From: Woeseiaceae bacterium
GTDB lineage: Bacteria; Pseudomonadota; Gammaproteobacteria; Steroidobacterales; Woeseiaceae
DNA: 64,000 nucleotides
Direction: 5' to 3'
NCBI GenBank assembly: GCA_024640315.1
Contig: JAHEFF010000006.1
Span: 10,169-74,168 of the forward strand
Part shown: positions 55,239-63,802 of the stretch, in pieces
Layout of the letters: each line of letters starts with the position of its first letter
Numbering within the stretch: position 1 is the stretch's first letter
Made by a program: the position numbers and the translations under genes
Notes under the pieces: model-generated
The model's input: only the letters and a program-made list of their open reading frames with translations
Told to the model about the DNA's origin: nothing
The model's database searches: none

Positions 55239-56051
55239 TCAGGAAGATCCCTCCAGGTCCTTGATGCCTTCCATTTCTTCAAGAAACACCGGGCTCTCCG
55301 GCAAGGTTGAACCGCCGTCGATACAAATCGTCTGCCCGGTGATGTAACGCGCCTCGTCGCTGGCGAGATAGAGCATGCAATAAGCGATGTCCTCCGGCGC
55401 ACCCATGTAGCCGCTCGGAATATATTTCGCCATCTGTGCAAGTCCTTCCTCGTCCGCCAGCAATTCCATCGCAGCGGTCCGGATATACCCCGGCTCTACA
55501 CCGTTGACGGTTATGTTCTCGCGCGCCAGCTCCAGCGCCGCCGTTTTAATGAATGCGTTCATGCCACCTTTGGATGCGGCATAGTAGGAAGTGCCCGGCA
55601 TCGCCACTCGCGGACCGGTAACAGACGACGTAAACAGGAGCCGGCCACCGCCACGTTTCCTGAAATGCGGGATCACGGCTTTTGAAAACCGGAAGCAGGC
55701 TTTCAGGTTCACCGACAACACGGTTTCGAGATCCTCTTCGTTGTAGGAATCGACCGGTCCGCCGAGGAACGATGCCGCGTTGTGCAACATGATGTCGACA
55801 CCGCCCCATTTGTCGACGGTTTCAGCTACGGCGCGGTCGACGCTCGCGACATCACCGATATCGATACCACACAATTCCGCTTCGCCACCGGACGCGCGAA
55901 TGTCATCGACAGTTCGCTGTCCGTTTTCCGGTGTGCGATTGACCACCATGACCCTGGCCCCGGCGCTGGCAAAAACCCGCGCAATTCCGGCGCCGATGCC
56001 CTGACCGGAACCCGTCACGATCGCTATTTTTCCACTGAGATCTGCAAACAT
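55239..56051 (-). CDS. short-chain dehydrogenase/reductase
   Basis: Trimmed to MFADLSGKIAIVTGSGQGIG. Has NAAS and YAASKGG. Confidence 0.87.
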   Translation of the reverse strand: MFADLSGKIAIVTGSGQGIGAGIARVFASAGARVMVVNRTPENGQRTVDDIRASGGEAELCGIDIGDVASVDRAVAETVDKWGGVDIMLHNAASFLGGPVDSYNEEDLETVLSVNLKACFRFSKAVIPHFRKRGGGRLLFTSSVTGPRVAMPGTSYYAASKGGMNAFIKTAALELARENITVNGVEPGYIRTAAMELLADEEGLAQMAKYIPSGYMGAPEDIAYCMLYLASDEARYITGQTICIDGGSTLPESPVFLEEMEGIKDLEGSS

Positions 56052-56055
56052 ACTG

Positions 56056-57252
56056 TTAATCCGTAACGGCGGCGGCCGCACCAAATGTTTTTGACTGCAT
56101 CAGTACCGGCGGCAATATCAATAGCAGGCTGAGAACGAAGAGGCCTGCACCGAACCAGTTGACGTTGATGTACTCGCCTTCCGAAATGACGGATGCGGCA
56201 AGTGCGGGACCAATCGCAAGTCCGACCATCTGCATGGCGACGGCATACACAACAACCCTGCCACGCCGGTCGAAACTGGCCATCGCGCCGAGGAGAAAGG
56301 GATGGGTCATGTTCCAAAGGAAGTTATAGACACCGACAGCCAGTGCAAAGACGATAAATTCGAAGGTGCCGAAAAGAAAATACAGACAAAGTGCACCGCC
56401 AAGAATACCGACTGTCAATGGAATCGAACGACCGACCTGATGGGCAATGACTGCCGCAAGTAATGCGCCACCGATGCCGGCAAATTGCGAAATCATGAGC
56501 CCGTTGGCAACCGCCTGCTCGCTCAGGCCGCCGGAAACGCCGATGAGGAATAAATACGCCCAGACAACGCCCTGCGCCATGAAATACGCGAGCATTGCGA
56601 ATAGCGCCAGGCCTTTCATTTGCGGCGACAGGTTGACCGCGTCCGCCTCCACATGTGCGTCGACCTCACCCGATACCGGGAAGTTTCTGATGAATGGAAC
56701 TGCCGCGAGCGGAAACAGCGCGAAGAACCAGATCACACCGTTAAAGCCGAACAGCTCATACGCGGTTGGCATTGCCCAAAGCACAATAGCGCCATAGGTG
56801 AGCACCCACATAATCAGAAAGCCAAAGTTTCGATCGGGGTTTTTGGTTAAACCCACAGCAGCAAAACTTAGTGACACAAGACTGCCGGCACCCAGCCCTG
56901 CGATGAACCTGAGTGCAACAAAAGCGTTGAGGTCAGTGCTCACCGTGCAGAGAAGGTTTGCCAGAAACATCACAAGCAGCGACCAGAAAACGACTTTTCG
57001 CCAGTTCACACGATGCGCCACAAAAGTCATCAGTATGGTCGTTGCGGCGAGGCCAAACATTTCTGCCGATGCGACATACCCTGCGCCCTGATCGTCGAAT
57101 CCGAGATACACGACCAGGCCCTGCACAAATCCCGGCTGCACGATAAATACTTCAGGCGCGATGACACCGACGAGGAACATGCTGAACAAGGCGCCTCGTG
57201 AATTGAGGTCCACCGGGTGGTCGTTAGCGAAAACCCTGTTAAGTATCGCCAT
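56056..57252 (-). CDS. MFS transporter
   Basis: 398 aa, about 12 TM. Paralogue of 61417..62589 (shared QPGF[VI]QGLV.YLG and SAEMFGLA). Confidence 0.85.
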   Translation of the reverse strand: MAILNRVFANDHPVDLNSRGALFSMFLVGVIAPEVFIVQPGFVQGLVVYLGFDDQGAGYVASAEMFGLAATTILMTFVAHRVNWRKVVFWSLLVMFLANLLCTVSTDLNAFVALRFIAGLGAGSLVSLSFAAVGLTKNPDRNFGFLIMWVLTYGAIVLWAMPTAYELFGFNGVIWFFALFPLAAVPFIRNFPVSGEVDAHVEADAVNLSPQMKGLALFAMLAYFMAQGVVWAYLFLIGVSGGLSEQAVANGLMISQFAGIGGALLAAVIAHQVGRSIPLTVGILGGALCLYFLFGTFEFIVFALAVGVYNFLWNMTHPFLLGAMASFDRRGRVVVYAVAMQMVGLAIGPALAASVISEGEYINVNWFGAGLFVLSLLLILPPVLMQSKTFGAAAAVTD

Positions 57253-57256
57253 CGTC

Positions 57257-58942
57257 CTAGTAGCCGCTTACCCAGTCGGGAATAATCACGTTGTTCGCCT
57301 TTGAATACTCTTCCCACATTGCTTTTAACGCGGCAACGGTCTCCGGATGATCAAGCGAGACGTCATTCGATTCGCCCGGGTCTTCATCAATATTAAAAAG
57401 CTGCCAGTCGTCATTGCCATATGGCGCAGGCATGTGAACGAGTTTCCATTCGCCGCGTCGGATAACGCGTTTGCCAAATAGTTCCATCCCCGTCACCCGA
57501 TCCCTGGCAGCCGAACTCTCACCGCGCAGAATTGGCAGGAACGATTGCCCTGTCATCGGCTCGATGGGTCGACCCTGGTATTCATTGCCCGGATGCCTGA
57601 CGTCGGCGATTTCGAGAATTGTTGGCGTAATATCCTTGATGAATACGAATTCATCGACGAGTTCCGGCTCCCCGACCAGGCTCGGTAAACGGACAAATGC
57701 GGCAACACGAGTACCACCTTCTGTCGGGAATGCTTTGTGCAAGCGAAATGCTGGTGAGCCCGCATTCGCCCAGTTCGGCCCGTACAGAACATAGGAGCCC
57801 GGTCGTCCCATCGCCTCGTAACTAAAGTCATGGGTCGAATCTATTGTCTTGCGGATATCCGGAAACAGATCCATTGACCAGGTTTCATCGAGATCATGGC
57901 CCTCCGGACCATTGTCGGACAGGAAAATGATCACCGTATTGTCGAGTTTGCCGCTCTCTTCGAGGTAATCGATCAGGCGCCCTGTATGCCGATCGACTTC
58001 GTTGATCATCGCGGCATAGATCTCCATCGCTCGCATTTCTGTCTTTTGCTGTGCAGTGGTTAGCTCGTCCCACGGCCTTTCCTTGGGCGAACGAGCGCTG
58101 CGACGTGCATCAGCCGGGACAATTCCCATTTCCTTCAGGCGTTCGAGACGGGCATCTGCAATCGCGTCATAGCCTGAATCGTATCTCCCCGCCTGCCGCG
58201 CAATCGCATCATCCGGCGCCTGCAGCGGCCAGTGTGGTGCGGTAAACGACAGATAGCCGAAGAAAGGTTGCTCCGGCTCACTGTCATCACTCAGGTACCG
58301 GATCATCTGATCAACGTAGTATTCTGTTGAATAGTCAAAATCGCCCGGCAAGGCGTCCAGTTTGACGCCGTCTTGCGAATAGTTTGCCTTGACGTCGGGC
58401 GAAGGCGCGTAGGCCGGCCGCATGTCCCCGAAGTGACTCGCGCCACCGGTATCAAGAACGAAAGATCGCTCAAAACCGCGATACGCAGCACCTTTGCCAA
58501 CACCGGATCCGAGGTGCCACTTGCCTGTCATGTAGGTGCGGTAGCCGGCGTCTTGCAGCAACGTTGGCAACGAAACAACGCGCTCGTTCAGAAAACCTTC
58601 ATAGCCTGGCTGCCCTGTCTGATTGGGAGCCAGTTCCTCGAGCATATTTCCAAGCCCGGCAAGATGTGAATCAACACCGGTCAGCAGCATCGACCGACTT
58701 GGTGAGCATGTGGACGCGGCATGAAAGTTGGTAAATCGAATGCCTTCAAGTGCGAGACGATCGAGATTTGGCGTTGCGATCTCGCCACCGAAGCTGCCGA
58801 GATCAGAAAAACCCATATCGTCGACAACGATGAGCAATATGTTGGGCCGATCCGGAGCGGCGTCAGGCGATACCGTTTCCGGGCCCTCGCCCATACAGGC
58901 GGCCAGAAGAAGAATGATCGATAACTGAATTAGACGTCGCAT
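57257..58942 (-). CDS. arylsulfatase (Cys-type), lipoprotein
   Basis: 561 aa. Lipobox ILLLAAC, NILLIVVDDMGFSDLG, the FGly motif STCSPSRSMLLTG, and GKWHLG. Confidence 0.9.
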   Translation of the reverse strand: MRRLIQLSIILLLAACMGEGPETVSPDAAPDRPNILLIVVDDMGFSDLGSFGGEIATPNLDRLALEGIRFTNFHAASTCSPSRSMLLTGVDSHLAGLGNMLEELAPNQTGQPGYEGFLNERVVSLPTLLQDAGYRTYMTGKWHLGSGVGKGAAYRGFERSFVLDTGGASHFGDMRPAYAPSPDVKANYSQDGVKLDALPGDFDYSTEYYVDQMIRYLSDDSEPEQPFFGYLSFTAPHWPLQAPDDAIARQAGRYDSGYDAIADARLERLKEMGIVPADARRSARSPKERPWDELTTAQQKTEMRAMEIYAAMINEVDRHTGRLIDYLEESGKLDNTVIIFLSDNGPEGHDLDETWSMDLFPDIRKTIDSTHDFSYEAMGRPGSYVLYGPNWANAGSPAFRLHKAFPTEGGTRVAAFVRLPSLVGEPELVDEFVFIKDITPTILEIADVRHPGNEYQGRPIEPMTGQSFLPILRGESSAARDRVTGMELFGKRVIRRGEWKLVHMPAPYGNDDWQLFNIDEDPGESNDVSLDHPETVAALKAMWEEYSKANNVIIPDWVSGY

Positions 58943-58951
58943 CGCAGGATC

Positions 58952-58982
58952 GGAACGGGAGCACGGATAGTGCCCCCGTTCC
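58952..58982 (-). other. GC-rich intercistronic stem-loop between the TBDR and sulfatase genes
   Basis: ggaacggg-a-gcac-ggata-gtgc-c-cccgttcc: 8+4 bp with one mismatch. No T-tract. It ends 9 nt before the sulfatase ATG. Confidence 0.4.
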
Positions 58983-59002
58983 TTCAGTCTTTCTGCCCTC
59001 GA

Positions 59003-61345
59003 CTAGAACGACAAACGTGCGGTAAGACCGAACATGACCGGCGGCGCATAAAACGTTGTCACGCCAAGGTCACCGAGGTCCAGCGAATACATTTTGTAGG
59101 TCTCATCGGTGAAATTCCGGACCCACGCCGTCGCACTGAATCGCTCTGAGTCACTCATATAAGTGAGACGGGCATTCGAGACGTTGTACGCTTTCTGCAC
59201 CGTGCCGGTTCCGTTCGTTACCTCGAGGAACTGGTCATCGTTCCAGTTACCGTCGATCTGGGCCGCAATATTGCCCCCCAGGGCGTCGAAGTTATAACGG
59301 ATCAGGTAGTTGAAGCTGAGTGGCGGCGCATTCGGAAACTCGACATTGTTGATGTCAGCCGGCGAAGGTGCTCCACCAACCGGCGAATTAACGCCGGCAA
59401 TTCTGTCAACTTCGGTATCCATGACGGCGGCACCAAGCATGATGTCCCAGTTGTCCGTCGGGAACAGGTACCACTCGATTTCGCCGCCGACCGCCGATGC
59501 ATCGGAGTTGCCGACAAACGGACCGCCACCGGCCAGCGAGAATGCCTGGTAGTCTTGGTAGTCGTAGTAATAAACCGTCGCATTCAGGCGCGAACGCTCA
59601 AAGTCGGACTTGAATCCCGCCTCGTAAGCAAGTACGACTTCCTCATTGTGACGGAAGTTAACCTCCGAGATATTGGCGCCGACACCAGTGGACCAGTTGC
59701 CGCCCTTGATGCCACGGTTGACGGAACCGAAGATAATGGTCGCATCCGAGAGCTGGTAATTGAGCGCAAGACGTCCGGCCCAGTCGCCATAGTCAATCTC
59801 GTCGACACCCGGATTCAGGGCTGCTCGTGCAGCGCTGGACTCGACAAGCAGGGCGGTCGGATTGAAATTATCCCTGAAGAAGATCTGCTGATTGATATCC
59901 TTGTCGTCCTGCGACCAGCGGAGGCCCGCGGTCAGAGTCAGGCTATCCGACAGATCGAAATCCGTCTGGCCGAATATTGACCAGTTCCTCGAATTGAGCA
60001 GGTACAACTGGTCGCTGACGGCACCTTCAAAACCGTTGAACGGATTAGCGGTCGGTATACCCGTTTCGACACCACCTGCCGCGAGCACCTTGCCTGCAAT
60101 CAGCAGGTTGCCGAACGCGGGAGCACCGGTCACCGTTGTACCGTTGTCACCTTCGATGTCCATATAGAAGGCGCCAACCTGCCAGCGTGATTTGTCAGTG
60201 TCGCCGGACCAGCGAAGCTCCTGCGACCATTGTGAGTAGTCGATAAAAGTCTGGAATGTCAGGATCGGCACAGCAAGTGCGTCTCCGTCTTCGTCATAGA
60301 ATTTATCGATGCCCAGGTAATTGGTAATCGAGGTGAACTCAGTCCCGTTGTCCATCGAGTAGTCAAAGCGCGCAGTCAGGCTGGTCTGCTCACGATTCAG
60401 AATACCGGGATGCTCCGCGTAGTTAAGGTGCTCGTCCGTAATCTGGCCGAACAAATCGATGACGCCGGGGCTGGTTACGGCCCTGCCGTACTGGTCCGTC
60501 GGGCACAATCCGTTTGCATCCAGCTCGCAGTTCTCGAAGACGTAGCCTCCTGTCGGGACGTCATTGTCCTCGGCATACTTAACCCAGAAGTTGCCCTGCA
60601 ACTTGTCGGAGAAATCGACCTGCATCGTTGCACGGAGGCCGTACCCGTCCGCACCACCGATGTCCTGTCCGCTGCCCGGGAACAGGAGCGGCCCGCCACC
60701 CGGCAGGAATGTATCGACGGACTCAACGTAGCCATCCATCTCCGACCAGCGGCCGGCAACCCTGGCGCGGACGTTGTCGCTCAGGCTCCCGCCTACCGCG
60801 AATTCGAGACCTGTGCGGCCGTAATCACCCACCTCGGCCTCGACATAGCCATTGGTATCCTCGTCGGAGGCATCCTGGCTGATGTAATGAATCAGACCAC
60901 CCGTCGCGTTGCGGCCAAACAGCGTGCCCTGCGGGCCACGCAATACCTCGACGCGCTTCATGTCGAACATCTGCCCGCTTATGCCATTCATTGATGCCAC
61001 ATAGGCATCATCCATGTATACGGCGATCGGCCCTTCCAGGTTATCGGTGAAAGAGTTCTGCGAGATACCGCGAATGTTGAAAATCGTCAGGTTCGGCGAC
61101 CAGGCATTCAATGACAGCGCCGGAATCTGCTGCGTGATTTCCGTGAAGTCCTTGATGCCAAGCGCATTCAGCTGATCGCCGGTCAGCGCCGTTACAGAAA
61201 TCGGAATCTCCTGGAGATTCTGTTCCCGTTTCTGCGCCGTAACGACCACTTCCTCAAGTATCTGGGCCGAGCCACTTGCCGGTAATCCGACCGCTGCAAT
61301 TGCCGCGAACAATATCGACGGCTTCCATAGGTTGTTAACTTTCAT
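59003..61345 (-). CDS. TonB-dependent receptor
   Basis: 780 aa with signal peptide, plug motifs (EEVVVTAQKREQNLQEIP, RVEVLRGPQGTLFGRN) and a terminal ..RLSF. Confidence 0.92.
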   Translation of the reverse strand: MKVNNLWKPSILFAAIAAVGLPASGSAQILEEVVVTAQKREQNLQEIPISVTALTGDQLNALGIKDFTEITQQIPALSLNAWSPNLTIFNIRGISQNSFTDNLEGPIAVYMDDAYVASMNGISGQMFDMKRVEVLRGPQGTLFGRNATGGLIHYISQDASDEDTNGYVEAEVGDYGRTGLEFAVGGSLSDNVRARVAGRWSEMDGYVESVDTFLPGGGPLLFPGSGQDIGGADGYGLRATMQVDFSDKLQGNFWVKYAEDNDVPTGGYVFENCELDANGLCPTDQYGRAVTSPGVIDLFGQITDEHLNYAEHPGILNREQTSLTARFDYSMDNGTEFTSITNYLGIDKFYDEDGDALAVPILTFQTFIDYSQWSQELRWSGDTDKSRWQVGAFYMDIEGDNGTTVTGAPAFGNLLIAGKVLAAGGVETGIPTANPFNGFEGAVSDQLYLLNSRNWSIFGQTDFDLSDSLTLTAGLRWSQDDKDINQQIFFRDNFNPTALLVESSAARAALNPGVDEIDYGDWAGRLALNYQLSDATIIFGSVNRGIKGGNWSTGVGANISEVNFRHNEEVVLAYEAGFKSDFERSRLNATVYYYDYQDYQAFSLAGGGPFVGNSDASAVGGEIEWYLFPTDNWDIMLGAAVMDTEVDRIAGVNSPVGGAPSPADINNVEFPNAPPLSFNYLIRYNFDALGGNIAAQIDGNWNDDQFLEVTNGTGTVQKAYNVSNARLTYMSDSERFSATAWVRNFTDETYKMYSLDLGDLGVTTFYAPPVMFGLTARLSF

Positions 61346-61416
61346 TTTTCTTTCCCCCCGAACCGGGTTGTTAGGTTCATAAACAAAATATCAATCAAAT
61401 ACAAAAAACTATCCCA

Positions 61417-62589
61417 TCAGAAATTTTGCGCCTGCCGTTGGGCCAGTATGCCCGGTAGTATAACGATTGCAGATATGACGAAAAGCACCACGCCTGTTGT
61501 ATTGACGAGATCGTAACCACCTTGTGTCAAAAGCTGAGCCGCAACATACGGTCCGATCGCGTAACCGACGAATTGCATCGAAACGCCATGGACAACGATG
61601 CGCCCCCGATGATCGAATTCCGCAAGTGTCGCCAGCAGGTACGGCATGCTCAGGTTCCACAGAAAGTTAAATCCACATACCGCCAGCCAGAAACCCGCTG
61701 ACTCCAGATGACCGACGAGCACATAGATGCTGGCAGCACCGCCGAAAATCCCGACCATGAGCGGCTTCAGCCTGCCGAAACGAGACTCGAACACAACGGC
61801 AAGAAATGCGCCCGCAATACCGAGAAACTGTGACGCGACCAGCGCATTGGCAACAGCCTGTTCTTCCATCCCCGCCTCGAGGCCAACCAGGAACAGGTAG
61901 GCCCAGACAATGCCGACTGCGACGTTATATATAAGTATGGCGACGAGCGAGATATTCTTGATCGCCGACTTGTAGTGCTTTTCATTTCCGGAATCGATAT
62001 GCGCCGCACCGGAGTCAGGTAAAAACCGGATGAAATACATTGCCGATGCACAAAAGAGCCCGAAAAACGCCAGCACACCATTCATACCAACGAGATGATA
62101 GGCGCTTGGCATTAGCAGCAGGCCGACCGCACCATAGATCAGCACCCAGCTGACAATGAAGCCGAAGTTCCTGTCGGTTCGTTCGGTCAGTCCAGCCATG
62201 GTAAAAGTAAGAGAGATCAAGCCACCGGATCCGAGCCCCGTAATGAAGCGGATGATACCAAGCGTCTGCGGGTCGCTTTGGCCCATCGAGGCGAAATTGC
62301 CAAACATACATACGGCAGCACACAGAACGAGAACGTTTCGCCATGTGACGCGCTCGGCGAACAGGCTCAGTAACACGGTCGTGGTTGCGAGGCCGAACAT
62401 TTCGGCAGCGGCAATCTGGCCGGCCTGTTGCTCTGTCATTCCGAGATATTCAACCAGCCCCTGGATAAAGCCGGGCTGCAGAATGAAAACACAAGGACCG
62501 ACGACGGCGAGGTAAACAATCGCGACAATACAGCGACGACTGTTGACGTCGATTACCGCGTTCTTGTCACCGGTCAGGACTGCAAGCAT
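61417..62589 (-). CDS. MFS transporter
   Basis: Track ORF (TTG 62679) trimmed to MLAVLTGDKNAV, with AAGGA 6 nt upstream. About 12 TM. Paralogue of 56056..57252. Confidence 0.83.
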   Translation of the reverse strand: MLAVLTGDKNAVIDVNSRRCIVAIVYLAVVGPCVFILQPGFIQGLVEYLGMTEQQAGQIAAAEMFGLATTTVLLSLFAERVTWRNVLVLCAAVCMFGNFASMGQSDPQTLGIIRFITGLGSGGLISLTFTMAGLTERTDRNFGFIVSWVLIYGAVGLLLMPSAYHLVGMNGVLAFFGLFCASAMYFIRFLPDSGAAHIDSGNEKHYKSAIKNISLVAILIYNVAVGIVWAYLFLVGLEAGMEEQAVANALVASQFLGIAGAFLAVVFESRFGRLKPLMVGIFGGAASIYVLVGHLESAGFWLAVCGFNFLWNLSMPYLLATLAEFDHRGRIVVHGVSMQFVGYAIGPYVAAQLLTQGGYDLVNTTGVVLFVISAIVILPGILAQRQAQNF

Positions 62590-62672
62590 GTCTGTCCTTG
62601 CTAAGAGGCACCCTGAATCGCTCGCAGGGCGAATACAATCTGATGAGATTCTATGAGTTTGGCTTAAAAATA

Positions 62673-62701
62673 TTGACAATTCACGGCAATTTTTTGATAA
62701 A
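62673..62701 (+). promoter_or_regulatory. sigma70-type promoter candidate (TTGACA-N17-GATAAA) for the AraC-family gene
   Basis: A consensus -35 and a 4/6 -10, 34 nt upstream of ATG 62735, in the 145-bp divergent region. A second ATTGAC copy occurs at 62701..62706. Confidence 0.3.
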
Positions 62702-62734
62702 TTGACTCAAATCTATTTTAAGCGTTAAACATAG

Positions 62735-63802
62735 ATGATTCCCAGGCAACCCACCGTTACCAGCAGGACCGAGCCGACGATCTCCTACCCCTTCGTCACG
62801 GCACTTTGCGATGCGGTCGGTGATGCCGAGCCGGTTGTGCGGGATGGCTTGCAGCACTTCGAACTCACTGAGCTGGCCGAGGATGTAACCCGTGTGCCAC
62901 TAAAGCGTTACATCGGGCTTTTCGAATGGCTGGCCGACAAACTGGATCGGCCGTACCTGGGACTGGAGCTTTCGCAACAAACCGGGCCCGAAACCCTGGG
63001 CGCTATCAGCTACATGTTTCTGGGTTCACGAAACCTTGAAATGGCGATCAGGAATTTCAGCAACTATCTCCTGGCGGTGCAGGACAATTCCCATATGTAC
63101 CTGGGTATCGATGGCGAATACGCCTTTCTCGATTATGGCATCCTTGATCACCGCATCACCCACCGCCGCCAGGATAGCGAGTATTCGATCGGTTACGTCT
63201 GGCGACTAATCCAGATTTTCGCTGCCAACTCGATTGGCCTGACCATGGTGGAGTTCGAGCACGACCGGCCAAAAGAAGGCGACAGTCCGTTTCGCCGCTT
63301 CTTTGGCGCTCCGGTATTATTCGGCCGCCGCGCAAATCGGCTGCACTTTCGAACAGAAGCGCTGTTGACGCCGTCACGCTCGGGCGACCCGCACCTGTTC
63401 CCCATCCTTGAAGCGCACATGCGGGACCTCGTTGCCCGTGCCGAGTCGATAGAGTCATTTTCAGACCAGGTCAGATCCCGGCTTAACCACGATGCACTTG
63501 GCAACGGCTTGCGGGCTGCCGCGATTTCAGCACAACTTGGCATTTCGCCAGCCACATTACATCGCCGACTAGGCAATGAGGGAACGAGTTTCAAGAATCT
63601 CCACGACGAGGCAGCCAAGGATCTCGCGAGCTTTCTGATGTCGCAGAAAAGCCTGTCCGTTGCAACCATCGCAAGGCGACTCGGCTATGCAGAGACTGCT
63701 TGCCTTACGCGCGCATTTCATCGTTGGTTCGGAATGTCGCCACGGAACTATAGAAAATCCCTGCAGCAAGAAACGAAACAACAGACCGGGGCAGGTTCTT
63801 AA
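62735..63802 (+). CDS. AraC-family transcriptional regulator with an N-terminal ligand-binding (Arabinose_bd-like) domain
   Basis: 355 aa. The C-terminal double HTH reads ISAQLGISPATLHRRL...SVATIARRLGYAETACLTRAFHRWFGMSPRNYR. Confidence 0.88.
   Translation: MIPRQPTVTSRTEPTISYPFVTALCDAVGDAEPVVRDGLQHFELTELAEDVTRVPLKRYIGLFEWLADKLDRPYLGLELSQQTGPETLGAISYMFLGSRNLEMAIRNFSNYLLAVQDNSHMYLGIDGEYAFLDYGILDHRITHRRQDSEYSIGYVWRLIQIFAANSIGLTMVEFEHDRPKEGDSPFRRFFGAPVLFGRRANRLHFRTEALLTPSRSGDPHLFPILEAHMRDLVARAESIESFSDQVRSRLNHDALGNGLRAAAISAQLGISPATLHRRLGNEGTSFKNLHDEAAKDLASFLMSQKSLSVATIARRLGYAETACLTRAFHRWFGMSPRNYRKSLQQETKQQTGAGS

Noticed and set aside
53957-55441. Long Arg-rich N-terminal extensions of several track ORFs (also 32697..33983, 23823..24623, 6138..8516, 35481..37049, 4935..5711, 61417..62679)
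   Set aside because: The extensions overlap the upstream genes and consist of Arg/Pro/Ser-rich sequence. Internal Met or alternative starts give canonical N-termini, signal peptides or ATGA coupling, so the genes were trimmed.
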